Sequence record: PP968062.1
DNA length: 64,000 nt
Strand: one strand, 5' to 3'
From: Pseudomonas phage HPP-Temi
Part shown: positions 26,872 to 36,391 of the stretch, in pieces
Position numbering within the stretch: the first letter of the stretch is position 1
Layout: the number at the start of each line of letters is the position of its first letter
Notes under the pieces: model-generated
The model's input: only the letters and a program-made list of their open reading frames with translations
What the model was told of the DNA's origin: nothing
Databases searched by the model: none
Position numbers and translations under genes: made by a program

Positions 26872-27264
26872 TCATATAACTTTCCTTACACGGATGGTCA
26901 GTGTTGCGCCATCGTCACTCTTGAAACGGAACAGAGCGGTACCCGGTTCCCAAATCGAAGGAATGACTTTGACGACCCAGTTACGAGCCTTTTTACGGCT
27001 GCGTATATAATGGTCGAGTGCACTGCTAAGCTGCTCCGACCAATGATACTTCTCGAAGTGAGCGATTACCTGGAGGACGTACTCCTTATCACCAACGAAA
27101 GTAGCACGATCGTTCATGTAGTTGGGGATACCAACAGTGAAGACAGCGTGAAGGTGTTGACAAGCGGAAAGGAGCATACCTATTATAACCTCTGGAGAGT
27201 TTGACTGATGATTTCTATACCGAGCCAGCAACCACTTAAAAAAGCAATCCAGAACCATGTCCAA
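26872..27264 (-). CDS. hypothetical protein 130 aa
   Basis: ORF track. Confidence 0.55.
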   Translation of the reverse strand: MDMVLDCFFKWLLARYRNHQSNSPEVIIGMLLSACQHLHAVFTVGIPNYMNDRATFVGDKEYVLQVIAHFEKYHWSEQLSSALDHYIRSRKKARNWVVKVIPSIWEPGTALFRFKSDDGATLTIRVRKVI

Positions 27265-27435
27265 GGAGAAACCCCTTCGAACAAATTAAACCGTTCTCTT
27301 GGAATAAACTCGACTTGAGGGTCAATTACTCTTTGACTAGGTGGTATAGTGCGAACGATGGGGTCAACCTTTATTTGGATTGGTTCTTTAGCTATCGGCG
27401 GTACCGGTACTAAGGATTGGATATCGCGATAGATA

Positions 27436-28005
27436 TCACGGACGTCCGTAACTCTGGTCGGCGTCTTCGATGAGCTCTGCGTAGTAGTTCGGGTTTCCCA
27501 CGATAGCCTTGTAGGGGGCCTGGACGTACGCCTTGTAGTACTCTTCATCATAGGCAATCCTTGTGTTGATGTCCCCGTTAAAGAGACGATAGGGCTGGGC
27601 ACCGATCTTCTCCGCAAAGGCTCGAACACGAGCAATGGTTACAGGATAACCTTCAAGGCGCTTACGATCGATGGAGTAAAGAACACTCACATCGTAATTG
27701 AAGAAACTGTTAGTAAGAGTGTAACCCTTATCAACAGCTTCATCATAAGTCTTTTCCAGATAGTCCAGTTTGTTATTGACCACAGTGGCCCATTGATTGA
27801 TCCGGAAGTCTTCTTCCTTGATCAAACGAGGAGCATGTTCAATACGACCCTGGGTTTCTGGTTGAATATCGTGAGCGTCCAACCAATGTTTGGCATCGTT
27901 CAGACGCTCGGGGATTACTTGCGGACCCATCGGGGTACTGGCACAGAACTCTTCTATGAATTGTTCTAGTAAACCTTTTCTAGTCAGTTGCTCAAGGATC
28001 TTCAT
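27436..28005 (-). CDS. hypothetical protein ~189 aa
   Basis: ORF track 27436..28029 (TTG) trimmed to ATG overlapping upstream stop (ATGA). Confidence 0.55.
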   Translation of the reverse strand: MKILEQLTRKGLLEQFIEEFCASTPMGPQVIPERLNDAKHWLDAHDIQPETQGRIEHAPRLIKEEDFRINQWATVVNNKLDYLEKTYDEAVDKGYTLTNSFFNYDVSVLYSIDRKRLEGYPVTIARVRAFAEKIGAQPYRLFNGDINTRIAYDEEYYKAYVQAPYKAIVGNPNYYAELIEDADQSYGRP

Positions 28006-28562
28006 TTGAAACGCTCCAGGAAAGTCCAACGTTCGTAAGGGCTGTAAACACGCAGACCAGGATTGGTGATCAGTTCGAGTTGGCCGCCTTCTACGTAAGG
28101 ACGCATAGCCAGTACGAAGTCCTCTTCCGCTCCACGGCAGTTGAGATCAACGTCAGGATCGAAGGTGAAGTCTTCTTTGACGAGGGCGATCATCATATTA
28201 CCTTTCAGATCACTGCCGCTATAGACAGGACGAGGGAACAGAACGATCATCTCACCAGCTTTGTAGTCTTTACGACCAGCAGTCATGGTTTCGAACAGAG
28301 TCTCGGTACGGTCACGCAGGTCTTCCACAGTAGTGGGAAGATGGCGACCACGCAAGAACTTAAGACCGAGATCATGGCGATACACGGTAACTACGTCCGG
28401 GTTGAAGTCGAGCTCTTCCGGAGTAGCATCTTCATAACACGCATGCTTGAAGTCTTCAGTCAGACCACACTTACGAACGATGTCAAAAACATCAGTCGGT
28501 TGCAGTGGAGTCTCTTTACGTTTTTCCAGAGGAGATACAGACAGATCAGGAGTTTCGGACAT
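28002..28562 (-). CDS. hypothetical protein 186 aa
   Basis: ORF track. Confidence 0.6.
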   Translation of the reverse strand: MSETPDLSVSPLEKRKETPLQPTDVFDIVRKCGLTEDFKHACYEDATPEELDFNPDVVTVYRHDLGLKFLRGRHLPTTVEDLRDRTETLFETMTAGRKDYKAGEMIVLFPRPVYSGSDLKGNMMIALVKEDFTFDPDVDLNCRGAEEDFVLAMRPYVEGGQLELITNPGLRVYSPYERWTFLERFK

Positions 28563-28614
28563 TTGAGTTTCCTAGTTAAGGTTGATAACACATTATCAGA
28601 GAACTGAGTACTTT

Positions 28615-29067
28615 CTAGTCAGTCCTTCTAAAGGCTTCTTTCCATCCCCGTTTCCAATTGTACTTCGGTGATGAGATCTTAGCGAAGCCATCATCGCTCA
28701 TGAAAATGAAGTGATCACGTTCAACGATCTTTACAATCGCATCAGGAGTATCGGCGTTAGCACGAATACATTCCTTAGCCTGCTTAACGTAGTTACCCCA
28801 TTCATCGATGTAACCTTCTTTGATTTCGTCTACTCGTCCAATCCACATACGAGGAGCGAATAGATAACGGAACCAACCGATGAACAGAATGTAGGATAAC
28901 CACACACCCAGTAACAGAGTACAGAACCACAGAGCGGTAAAGAACGTATGTCCGTCACAGGGAGAAGCTGTGGTCAATTCATGCCAACCACGACGAATCC
29001 AACTGATAGGATTCCACCAGACGATCTCCGCTTTAGGTTGACTGGCGTAACGATGGAATAAGGACAT
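28615..29067 (-). CDS. membrane protein 150 aa (two TM)
   Basis: FFTALWFCTLLLGVWLSYILFIGWF. Confidence 0.55.
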   Translation of the reverse strand: MSLFHRYASQPKAEIVWWNPISWIRRGWHELTTASPCDGHTFFTALWFCTLLLGVWLSYILFIGWFRYLFAPRMWIGRVDEIKEGYIDEWGNYVKQAKECIRANADTPDAIVKIVERDHFIFMSDDGFAKISSPKYNWKRGWKEAFRRTD

Positions 29068-29069
29068 AT

Positions 29070-29351
29070 TTAATCCTTCACGTCGAGAATGGTTTCCCAG
29101 GATTTGTCAGTCTTCAGCTGAATCTTGATTTGGTGCGTATACATCGAGTCCGAATATTTCCTGAATACACTTTTCAGAATGTGTTGCCACCAAGGCATGT
29201 AACGACTGTAACTGACAGTGAAATACTGGTTAGGATCGTAAGCTTCTAGAGCTTTACGAATCGTTTCGGCAAAGAAAGCAAACGCATACACGTTGTTATT
29301 ATACAACAGAGCTGCAATAGCTTTCTTAGGGCCGACGAGGTTTACCTTCAT
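29070..29351 (-). CDS. hypothetical protein 93 aa
   Basis: ORF track. Confidence 0.5.
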   Translation of the reverse strand: MKVNLVGPKKAIAALLYNNNVYAFAFFAETIRKALEAYDPNQYFTVSYSRYMPWWQHILKSVFRKYSDSMYTHQIKIQLKTDKSWETILDVKD

Positions 29352-29730
29352 GGAAAATGTCCATCACGTCAATGGTGGTACTATACTCAACACGAGCATA
29401 CCCAGGTTCTTCGAAGATGACGATGTTGAATTGACCGTCACGCCAAACAAACTTGAAGTAGTTACGAACTGCACTAATCAGGTCTTCTTGGAACTCAGGA
29501 TGGGCGTGTTCTGCCCGGATGAGTCGACAGATCTTCCAGAGAGCGTTGTCGAACTTGTAGTAGACTCGCCGCCCTTCTTCGCCCATCTCTTCCGACAGAA
29601 TACCGACAGTCTGAAGAATAGGAGAGAGTACAGGATCACTCTTCCAGTTAGTTAGCAGGTAGAGTTCCTCACTATCAAGAGCGCGAGCCAGAAACTTTAG
29701 AGCTTGAGACATGTGGTCACCTTTTAACAA
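29326..29730 (-). CDS. hypothetical protein 134 aa
   Basis: ORF track. Confidence 0.6.
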   Translation of the reverse strand: MLKGDHMSQALKFLARALDSEELYLLTNWKSDPVLSPILQTVGILSEEMGEEGRRVYYKFDNALWKICRLIRAEHAHPEFQEDLISAVRNYFKFVWRDGQFNIVIFEEPGYARVEYSTTIDVMDIFHEGKPRRP

Positions 29731-29739
29731 AAAATAAAT

Positions 29740-29757
29740 GGGGAGCCGAAGCTCCCC
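29740..29757 (-). terminator. terminator GGGGAGC-UUCG-GCUCCCC
   Basis: perfect stem with CGAA loop, TTTATTTTTTG on minus strand. Confidence 0.7.
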
Positions 29758-29763
29758 TTTATG

Positions 29764-31128
29764 TCACTCAGCCGAAGCTTGCGCTTCTTTAGCAGCGGCT
29801 TTCTCTTCCTCTTTTTCCTTCTTGAGCAAGTAGCTGTTCGATATGGATTTCCAGGAGAGTACACGTTGGTTGGACTTGAAGACCAGACCTTCGCGGTAGC
29901 CACGTTTGTTCTTGAACGCGGACGGACCTTCAGCCATTGCCAGGACATCTTTAACAGAGGTCTCAGCGGTAGGCTTCCAGGCCGGATCGAATACCGGTAC
30001 GTATTTCAGGCCGAGTTCTTTCACGATGGAACGTGCTTCAGCCGGCAGTAGTTCACGATTGCCATCTTCGTAGACGTTGAACACGAAGTAATCGTAATCG
30101 GCTACTTCTTCAAAGTTATCCTGAATGGACGGGCCAATCAGTTCACCCTGTACGGAGATGTAGCGACCAGTGGTGGCCTGGAAGTTGCGCAGACGTTCGA
30201 TGATCTGCTGTTGATTGGTAACACGTACGAAGTTGTTGTCTTCGATAGCAGTACCTTTTGTCCACAGGGGCCAGATGATACCGTTACGAAGTTTACCTTC
30301 CGGAGTAATCCAGGTCTTCTTGCGGAATACGTTACGGTTACGGATCAGGAAGTTGCCGACCCAGTAACGCAGTTGTTGCAGGAAGCCCCACTTCTCACCA
30401 CCCATACCCAGCTCGTAGTTACGCGAGCAAACGCCAGTACGAACACCTTTATCTTCTACGCAGAACACGGTCATGGAGCTACCATCGAGTTTGTAGGTAA
30501 CTTCCATGTCATCGCCGGCTTCTTTTAGGGTATTGAAAGCAACGGTTTTGTTCTGGATACGATCTTGGTCAGACTTGGTCAGCATTACAGGCCAGGGCTT
30601 CAGCGCGCCACCCAGATCACCAATCAGCTTGACAGCTAGCTTGACGATCCACGGAGCGTTACGTGCAGCGTGAGCTTTCGGTACCATCGGAGGAGCAGAC
30701 TCGTATTTCAGGATACCCAGCTTCAGAGTCAGGTTAGTATCAACCGGCTCGTCTTTGAACTCTTCCGGAATAGGAACCAACAGACCCTGGGACAGCTCTT
30801 TGCGAAGCTTGATGGTTTTCAGACGATGATAGTTCTTACCATCTACACGACGGTTATCGGAACGACGAGCTTCCAGGAAACCGAACAGTGGGATGTTGTC
30901 CAGCGGAAGCAGAGAGTCGATCTCGCAATAGATAGCACGATCGCCTTTCTTGTACTCACCGAGTTTTACGCACAGTTGCCAACCACCAACAATTGCCAGT
31001 TCCAACGCGTCTGCGTTCGGGTGCTTGACTACGTCGTCGATTTCAACGATACGTGCCAGCTTACGAGTTTCTTCTACAACGCCGAAGCCTTCGCGGATCG
31101 GTTTGAGTTCTTCCATTTCGAGAGTCAT
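29764..31128 (-). CDS. ATP-dependent RNA ligase, Rnl family with N-terminal OB-like domain (DraRnl/NgrRnl-like) and Lys/Glu-rich C-terminal tail
   Basis: nucleotidyltransferase motif I TYKLDGSS (KxDG); 454 aa. Confidence 0.7.
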   Translation of the reverse strand: MTLEMEELKPIREGFGVVEETRKLARIVEIDDVVKHPNADALELAIVGGWQLCVKLGEYKKGDRAIYCEIDSLLPLDNIPLFGFLEARRSDNRRVDGKNYHRLKTIKLRKELSQGLLVPIPEEFKDEPVDTNLTLKLGILKYESAPPMVPKAHAARNAPWIVKLAVKLIGDLGGALKPWPVMLTKSDQDRIQNKTVAFNTLKEAGDDMEVTYKLDGSSMTVFCVEDKGVRTGVCSRNYELGMGGEKWGFLQQLRYWVGNFLIRNRNVFRKKTWITPEGKLRNGIIWPLWTKGTAIEDNNFVRVTNQQQIIERLRNFQATTGRYISVQGELIGPSIQDNFEEVADYDYFVFNVYEDGNRELLPAEARSIVKELGLKYVPVFDPAWKPTAETSVKDVLAMAEGPSAFKNKRGYREGLVFKSNQRVLSWKSISNSYLLKKEKEEEKAAAKEAQASAE

Positions 31129-31207
31129 TTCAGTTTCCTTATTAACAAGGTTTATGTTTTTCTTTCTTCTGTCTACATAACTGAACGAGTCCAGTCGAAT
31201 TTTCCTA

Positions 31208-31606
31208 TTAGGTATTTACACCCCAGTTGTAGTCGTAGTAGGTTTCACAGAAGGTCTTACCTGCGGTATACTTCATGGTGCAGTTGTTGGAATCAACCAG
31301 AGTCGCTAAGTCTTCGAACGGTACAGGGTGACCACTCATCGGAGAGATGATCGTGTAACCGTTGTAGCGCAGATGATCAACCAGAGCAACCATACCAGTT
31401 TCCAAACCGACATTGTAGATGCGGTTTTCTTTCGGAGTCTCAACGATGTACTGTTCACCAGCAGGAATGTCAGTGATCAGACTACGATCGTCATCGGTAC
31501 GAGCTACATCGGCCATGGTCCGACTGATTTCCCAGCAGAACTCATTGAGTACGGGGTTGGATTCTTGCCATTCTTTCTTTTCTTGCAGACGCTGTTCGCA
31601 GGACAT
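31208..31606 (-). CDS. hypothetical protein ~133 aa, C-terminal ...WGVNT tail family
   Basis: ORF track 31208..31762 trimmed to ATG with GAGGT RBS downstream of the promoter element. Confidence 0.55.
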   Translation of the reverse strand: MSCEQRLQEKKEWQESNPVLNEFCWEISRTMADVARTDDDRSLITDIPAGEQYIVETPKENRIYNVGLETGMVALVDHLRYNGYTIISPMSGHPVPFEDLATLVDSNNCTMKYTAGKTFCETYYDYNWGVNT

Positions 31607-31635
31607 TGTAATTACCTCGTTGTGGATGCAAATAA

Positions 31636-31670
31636 GTAATATAGATCTGAAAAAAATTTTATTGACATAA
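31636..31670 (-). promoter_or_regulatory. promoter-like element family B
   Basis: minus strand reads GTCAATAAAATTTTTTTCAGATCTATATTACTT immediately after a terminator. Confidence 0.45.
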
Positions 31671-31671
31671 A

Positions 31672-31689
31672 GGGGAGCCGAAGCTCCCC
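31672..31689 (-). terminator. terminator GGGGAGC-UUCG-GCUCCCC
   Basis: perfect 7-bp stem with CGAA loop, TTTATG flank. Confidence 0.65.
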
Positions 31690-31697
31690 CATGTCTA

Positions 31698-33464
31698 TTA
31701 CAGAGATGCAGCAATCCGTTCCCGGATCTTAGCCATCGTGTCGTGTTTGTAGAACTCACCATTCTTGAAGAACAGTTTCAGTTCACCCGATTCGGTTTCC
31801 AAAGCATCCCAACTAAGGTCAGCTTCTTGTTCCAGAACGAACTTACCATCTTCGGTCTTCACTACATGCAGGAAACCTTTAGCCGACTTCTTGGAAGAAG
31901 CAGCTTTAGGATCTTTGTACAGCTCAACGAACTCGTCTTCGATCTGAACAGCAGTAGCTTTGACAGCCATGCCGAAAGTATCGCGAGTGTTGTACTGATA
32001 GGTGAAGCTACCGATACCAAGAACTACGTTGCTAGAAGCGAAGCCTTTACGTTCCAGGCGAGACATGATCTGCTCGGTACGGTCTACAGTGATCGAGTCA
32101 CCATAGATCAGGCCAACGTATTCGTTCAGGCACTTGAAGCCTTTACTGTTCTCAGTACCACCGAAGGAGTCCCACAGGACTTCAATTGCACCGCGTACTT
32201 CCACCTCAGGGATTTCAGTCTCAGAGAGGAAGTTAGACAGACTGACAGCGAGGTCGTTGATCTCGTAGTACTTACCACCTACGCTAACAACTTCGTAACC
32301 AGCGTACTCAATGGAACCGTATTCGGCAATGTGTTTCTCGAAATCAACACGATCAGCGAATTTAATCGGATAAGCCATGTAGCCAGTGATGACTTTAACC
32401 GGATCACCAGAGTCAGGACGAACAACAACTTTCGCCAGACCCAGCTCGTTCTTCAGACGACTTTCGATTTCTGCACGGATGCTCGGGAGAACATCAGAGA
32501 TAACACCCCAGAAGTCGAAGGAATCACAGACCAGCGAAATAATGCCTTCCGGGACTTTCTGAAGAATGATCTCCAGGATGTAGTCACGTTCAGCTTCCAA
32601 CCGCAGTTGGTCATGTAGTTCCGGAGTGATCACAGTACCTTCCTCTTGGAGGAAGTTGATCTTCATTTGCAGACGGTACAGGATGTTGGTTGTGGCGACA
32701 GCGTGTTCAGTTGCAGTAACTGATGCACCCAACAATTCAGTATCACTGTTAGCACCGTAATACATCTCAGCGTAATCGAGAGCCGGGATGGTATCGGTAC
32801 CAGCGAAGCTAGTCAGGTGAGCTGTACCAGAACGCATTGCATCTTCAGGACCACTCATACCACGGAAGCTGAAGTCGTGTGCCTGGAACTTGACGTGCTC
32901 ACGGTTATCGCAGGTGCGGTCAGCGTAGTGGTTCAGTACACGCTGATACTCAGCTGCAATAGTTGCGTTACAGATCATCTTCCAGTTGTAGGCACTGACG
33001 ATGGTTTCCAGGTAGTTCACCAGCCAGTAGTGATCATCGTCATCCAGGCTGTTGTAAACCACAAAGGTAGGTACGCCAACATCTACACGTTCGCCTTCGT
33101 CAATAGCCAGCACCGTCAGAGGCAGGTAGCCCAGAGCATGCAGCTTGTACAGACACTCGTGTTTGATAACGCCTTTACCGCACATGTTGTCGAAACGACG
33201 AGCAGCGCGTTTAACAGCGATTTCACGAGGCAGATTGAAGAAGGTACGATCCCACAGTTCTACCAGTTCGTGCCAGGTACCTTGCAGACCGAAGTTAACG
33301 ACTTTGTTGTCGTAGAACGCAGAACAAGACTTCGACCGCAGGAACTGCTTAGCAGAACGCGGGGTGAAGTTTGCATACTTACGTTCAGTACCTTTCGGAT
33401 ACAGAGCGCCATGGCCAGGTTTATAGCAGTCAGTAGCAGTTGCTGCATAGAGAGCATTAGACAT
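31698..33464 (-). CDS. nadV: nicotinamide phosphoribosyltransferase family enzyme (NadV/NAMPT-like; possibly a nicotinamide ADP-ribose transferase 'Namat')
   Basis: TDCYK, NFGLQ, YWLVNYLET, HDFSFRGMS, AHLTSFAGTDT, VVRPDSGDP all align with NAMPT blocks; ~60-aa insertion after RPDSGDP. Confidence 0.8.
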   Translation of the reverse strand: MSNALYAATATDCYKPGHGALYPKGTERKYANFTPRSAKQFLRSKSCSAFYDNKVVNFGLQGTWHELVELWDRTFFNLPREIAVKRAARRFDNMCGKGVIKHECLYKLHALGYLPLTVLAIDEGERVDVGVPTFVVYNSLDDDDHYWLVNYLETIVSAYNWKMICNATIAAEYQRVLNHYADRTCDNREHVKFQAHDFSFRGMSGPEDAMRSGTAHLTSFAGTDTIPALDYAEMYYGANSDTELLGASVTATEHAVATTNILYRLQMKINFLQEEGTVITPELHDQLRLEAERDYILEIILQKVPEGIISLVCDSFDFWGVISDVLPSIRAEIESRLKNELGLAKVVVRPDSGDPVKVITGYMAYPIKFADRVDFEKHIAEYGSIEYAGYEVVSVGGKYYEINDLAVSLSNFLSETEIPEVEVRGAIEVLWDSFGGTENSKGFKCLNEYVGLIYGDSITVDRTEQIMSRLERKGFASSNVVLGIGSFTYQYNTRDTFGMAVKATAVQIEDEFVELYKDPKAASSKKSAKGFLHVVKTEDGKFVLEQEADLSWDALETESGELKLFFKNGEFYKHDTMAKIRERIAASL

Positions 33465-33480
33465 ATTTTTGATCCTCGGA

Positions 33481-34368
33481 TTAGAAAACAGAATGGGAGA
33501 AGAATTTCGGGTCACGTACACCATCATGCCGATAATCATTTACAGCGTTAGGATGATAGGTGTTAGTGGTCTGGATATAATCGTAGTATTCGTTCAGTTC
33601 GTCGAAACCCTTGGAGAAAATACCATGGGTTACAAACAGACCCAGTTGATCTACGATGCACTGCTCGTGGATAACCTTAGCAAGTTCAATGAACGTGCGG
33701 CCACCATCACAGATGTCATCGATAACCATCAACTTAGCTAGTCGAGGAACTTCATGGGCATTCAACAGCGACGTGTGGGTGATCTTACCAGTCGACAGTT
33801 CACGGTTCTTACAAGCGTACAGTACGCCAGCAGCACCGATCTCTTTCGCAATGGCTTCGGTCTTTTTACGTGCACCTTCATCAGGGGCAACCAACCACCA
33901 GTCACTCGGATTTTCCAGAAGTTGCCCTTCGACACACACCCAGCTTTTGATGATATCTGCTTGGGTAATCTCGCGGCAATTGTTGATGAGTGGCAGCGAC
34001 ACATTACTGTGAGGATCGTACAGGCATACAGACGTAGCGTCCAATGCATTGATCAAACCAGTCATCACACTAATCGACAGAGGTTCACCTTCATCGCAAA
34101 CACGATCTTGTCGTGCGTACGGCAGATAACCAATAACCAAGTGTATTTCAGGACGAATACGCTGGCGACGAATAGCGTCGAATACCAGGAACAGTTCCAT
34201 GATATCGTCACTATTACGAAGCCAAGCATTGATTATGAATCGTTCGCCTTTCTTTCTGAGATCTTTCAGAGGGATCTTGATACCGATCTCACCGCCAGGG
34301 AATTTAAAGGGTTGACAATCGTAGTGATCTGCCAAGCCGTTACCGTGAAGCTGAGTAATTCGAATCAT
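33481..34368 (-). CDS. prs: ribose-phosphate pyrophosphokinase homolog (Prs-like; candidate ADPR-pyrophosphokinase 'Adps')
   Basis: YLPYARQDR and VIDDICDGGRT match Prs signatures; ribose-5-P loop (DLHA.Q.QGFF) replaced by DPHSNVSLPL and DTGGT by DGGRT. Confidence 0.75.
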   Translation of the reverse strand: MIRITQLHGNGLADHYDCQPFKFPGGEIGIKIPLKDLRKKGERFIINAWLRNSDDIMELFLVFDAIRRQRIRPEIHLVIGYLPYARQDRVCDEGEPLSISVMTGLINALDATSVCLYDPHSNVSLPLINNCREITQADIIKSWVCVEGQLLENPSDWWLVAPDEGARKKTEAIAKEIGAAGVLYACKNRELSTGKITHTSLLNAHEVPRLAKLMVIDDICDGGRTFIELAKVIHEQCIVDQLGLFVTHGIFSKGFDELNEYYDYIQTTNTYHPNAVNDYRHDGVRDPKFFSHSVF

Positions 34369-34393
34369 TTATTTTTCCTTTAGGAAAGAAGTT

Positions 34394-34409
34394 GGGGACC
34401 GAAGTCCCC
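34394..34409 (-). terminator. terminator GGGGAC-UUCG-GUCCCC
   Basis: 6-bp stem with CGAA loop, TTCTTTCCTAAAGG flank. Confidence 0.55.
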
Positions 34410-34416
34410 GTTCGGG

Positions 34417-35670
34417 TTAGCCCTTGACGCAAACAATCTGACGCAGGGTGTGGACGATCTCAATGAGGTCATCCTGAGCAGCCATTACGTCTTCAATGTT
34501 CTTATAAGCCTTTGGAGTCTCGTCGATCACGTCAATGTCTTTCCGGCATTCTACACCGGCAGTATCACGAGCATGATCTTCAAGAGTGAAAGTCTTAGCG
34601 GCTTGGGTTCGGGACATGACACGTCCTGCTCCGTGCGAACACGAACAGAAGGACTCGCGGTTCCCTTTACCTTTCACGATGAAGCTCTTAGCGCCCATCG
34701 ATCCAGGGATAATACCGTACATGCCTTCATCTGCACGCACAGCGCCTTTACGAGTTACGGATACTTTCGCACCGAAGTGGTTCTCGAACGACACGTAGTT
34801 GTGGTGACAGTTTACAGCAGTAAGGCTAGTGTTGATAGGCCGACCCATGTAGTCAGCCACAGCCTCGATTGTTGCACGCATCATGATCGTACGGTTGAGA
34901 GCAGCGTAACGCTGTGCCCAATGTACAGCCTCGATGTAGTCGCTGTAGTACTTGGTACCTTCCGGCAGATAAGCGAGGTCCTGATCAGGCAGATTGATGT
35001 GGTAAAGCCGCATCTCCTCTTTTGCTTTCTCGATAAAGTACCGACCAATTGCGTTACCGATTCCACGAGAACCCGAATGGAGCATGATCCAAACTCGATC
35101 TTGTTCATCCAGACAGATTTCTACGAAGTGGTTACCAGTACCGAGAGTACCTGCGTGGTTGAAAGCACGGTTAGCAGCCTTACCCAGTTTCGGGTGTTTA
35201 GCCACGATGAGCTTCAGTTCCTCTTCAAGCTTCTTAACCTGAGCTTGGAGCTCCGGTTCGAGTTTCTTGTAAACGAGGTTGAAGTCACTCCATGCGCCAC
35301 GATCATTCGGTCCGCCATTGTCAGTACGACCATGAGGGATCCGAGACTCAATACGGTAACGCAGATGTTGCAAGCCACGAGTCATGTCGTTAGCTGTCAG
35401 ATCAGTCAACTGTGCTGCCATTCCACAGCCAATGTCAACCCCTACCGCAGACGGAATGATTGCACCCCGCGTAGCGATTACGGAACCGATGGTTGCACCG
35501 GTACCAAGGTGGACATCAGGCATTACAGCCAGATGCTTATAAATGAACGGGAGTCCCGCAATGTTCTTCAGCTGACGTTTTGCATCAGCTTCAACAGGGA
35601 CGCCTTTAACCCAAGCTTTAATTGGGAATTCATTTTGTTCGTTCAGCATAACGTATTTTTGAGTAGTCAT
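34417..35670 (-). CDS. rtcB: RtcB-family RNA 3'-phosphate/2',3'-cyclic phosphate ligase
   Basis: NHAGTLGTGNHF, HSGSRGIGN, AVNCHHN, SHGAGR blocks typical of RtcB; 417 aa. Confidence 0.85.
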   Translation of the reverse strand: MTTQKYVMLNEQNEFPIKAWVKGVPVEADAKRQLKNIAGLPFIYKHLAVMPDVHLGTGATIGSVIATRGAIIPSAVGVDIGCGMAAQLTDLTANDMTRGLQHLRYRIESRIPHGRTDNGGPNDRGAWSDFNLVYKKLEPELQAQVKKLEEELKLIVAKHPKLGKAANRAFNHAGTLGTGNHFVEICLDEQDRVWIMLHSGSRGIGNAIGRYFIEKAKEEMRLYHINLPDQDLAYLPEGTKYYSDYIEAVHWAQRYAALNRTIMMRATIEAVADYMGRPINTSLTAVNCHHNYVSFENHFGAKVSVTRKGAVRADEGMYGIIPGSMGAKSFIVKGKGNRESFCSCSHGAGRVMSRTQAAKTFTLEDHARDTAGVECRKDIDVIDETPKAYKNIEDVMAAQDDLIEIVHTLRQIVCVKG

Positions 35671-35749
35671 TGTAGACGCTCCGAGAGTTTTAAGGTTTAG
35701 GAATTCAACGAGTTAACGTTGTGCCAAGGTCGGGATCGCAGAATTCCAT

Positions 35750-35778
35750 GGACAGGTAGAGTAATGTCATGCCTGTCC
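35750..35778 (-). other. long-loop hairpin (7-bp stem GGACAGG/CCTGTCC, 15-nt loop) in a 136-nt intergenic region, flanked by GAATTC sites
   Basis: seen directly; no U-tract. Confidence 0.3.
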
Positions 35779-35806
35779 GTATTAGATAAGACTTTTGAGT
35801 AAATTG

Positions 35807-36391
35807 TCATCGGTCCGATTCAACGGACATAGATAACTCTTTATGTTTTCTTCGCCTTTCGACATCGGCGAACCAAGGTCTTACACTGAGCCACATTGCA
35901 GGCCAACTAAGAATAGCAGCTATAGCCATCCATACTGCGCTGAGTAATACCCATGCATCGTTACCATCATCAACATCGCGTGGAGCTATGTCTAGTTGAT
36001 AACCGGTTCCAACGGGGACATGGTGATATGTGTAATCACCGAGCTTGGTTTCGTATACGAAGGGAACACCTTTCATTTTCCCTTCCCAACGACCCTTTAG
36101 CTCGGTATAAACACCGTTCTTGTACTTGTGAGATTCTTCCCATTTCCAGGTCAGTACAACCTGGGTCTTACGTTTGGTAACGTAGTCAGAGAAGAATGAG
36201 TTGTAGACTGCACCACCCATAAATGCTAAGCAGATTAGGTAGAGTACCACACAACGCAGTTTAACCCACTTGGAGATTGGTACATACGGCTCTTGTTTCA
36301 TGGTTATCGTACAGCCGGTTGCGTTTGCATAACCCAAGGGATTCCTTGTGGCCATTGCATATATTGCAGCTGCCTCCGGAGTTATATTCAT
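35807..36391 (-). CDS. membrane protein 194 aa (at least two TM)
   Basis: ORF track; ATGA overlap with upstream gene. Confidence 0.55.
   Translation of the reverse strand: MNITPEAAAIYAMATRNPLGYANATGCTITMKQEPYVPISKWVKLRCVVLYLICLAFMGGAVYNSFFSDYVTKRKTQVVLTWKWEESHKYKNGVYTELKGRWEGKMKGVPFVYETKLGDYTYHHVPVGTGYQLDIAPRDVDDGNDAWVLLSAVWMAIAAILSWPAMWLSVRPWFADVERRRKHKELSMSVESDR

Noticed and set aside
27183-27635. ORF 27183..27635 spanning the 27265-27435 gap
   Set aside because: It has no in-frame ATG with an RBS after the upstream stop. Its 3' part is the out-of-frame overlap of gene 26872..27264, so the ~170-nt gap is left unannotated.
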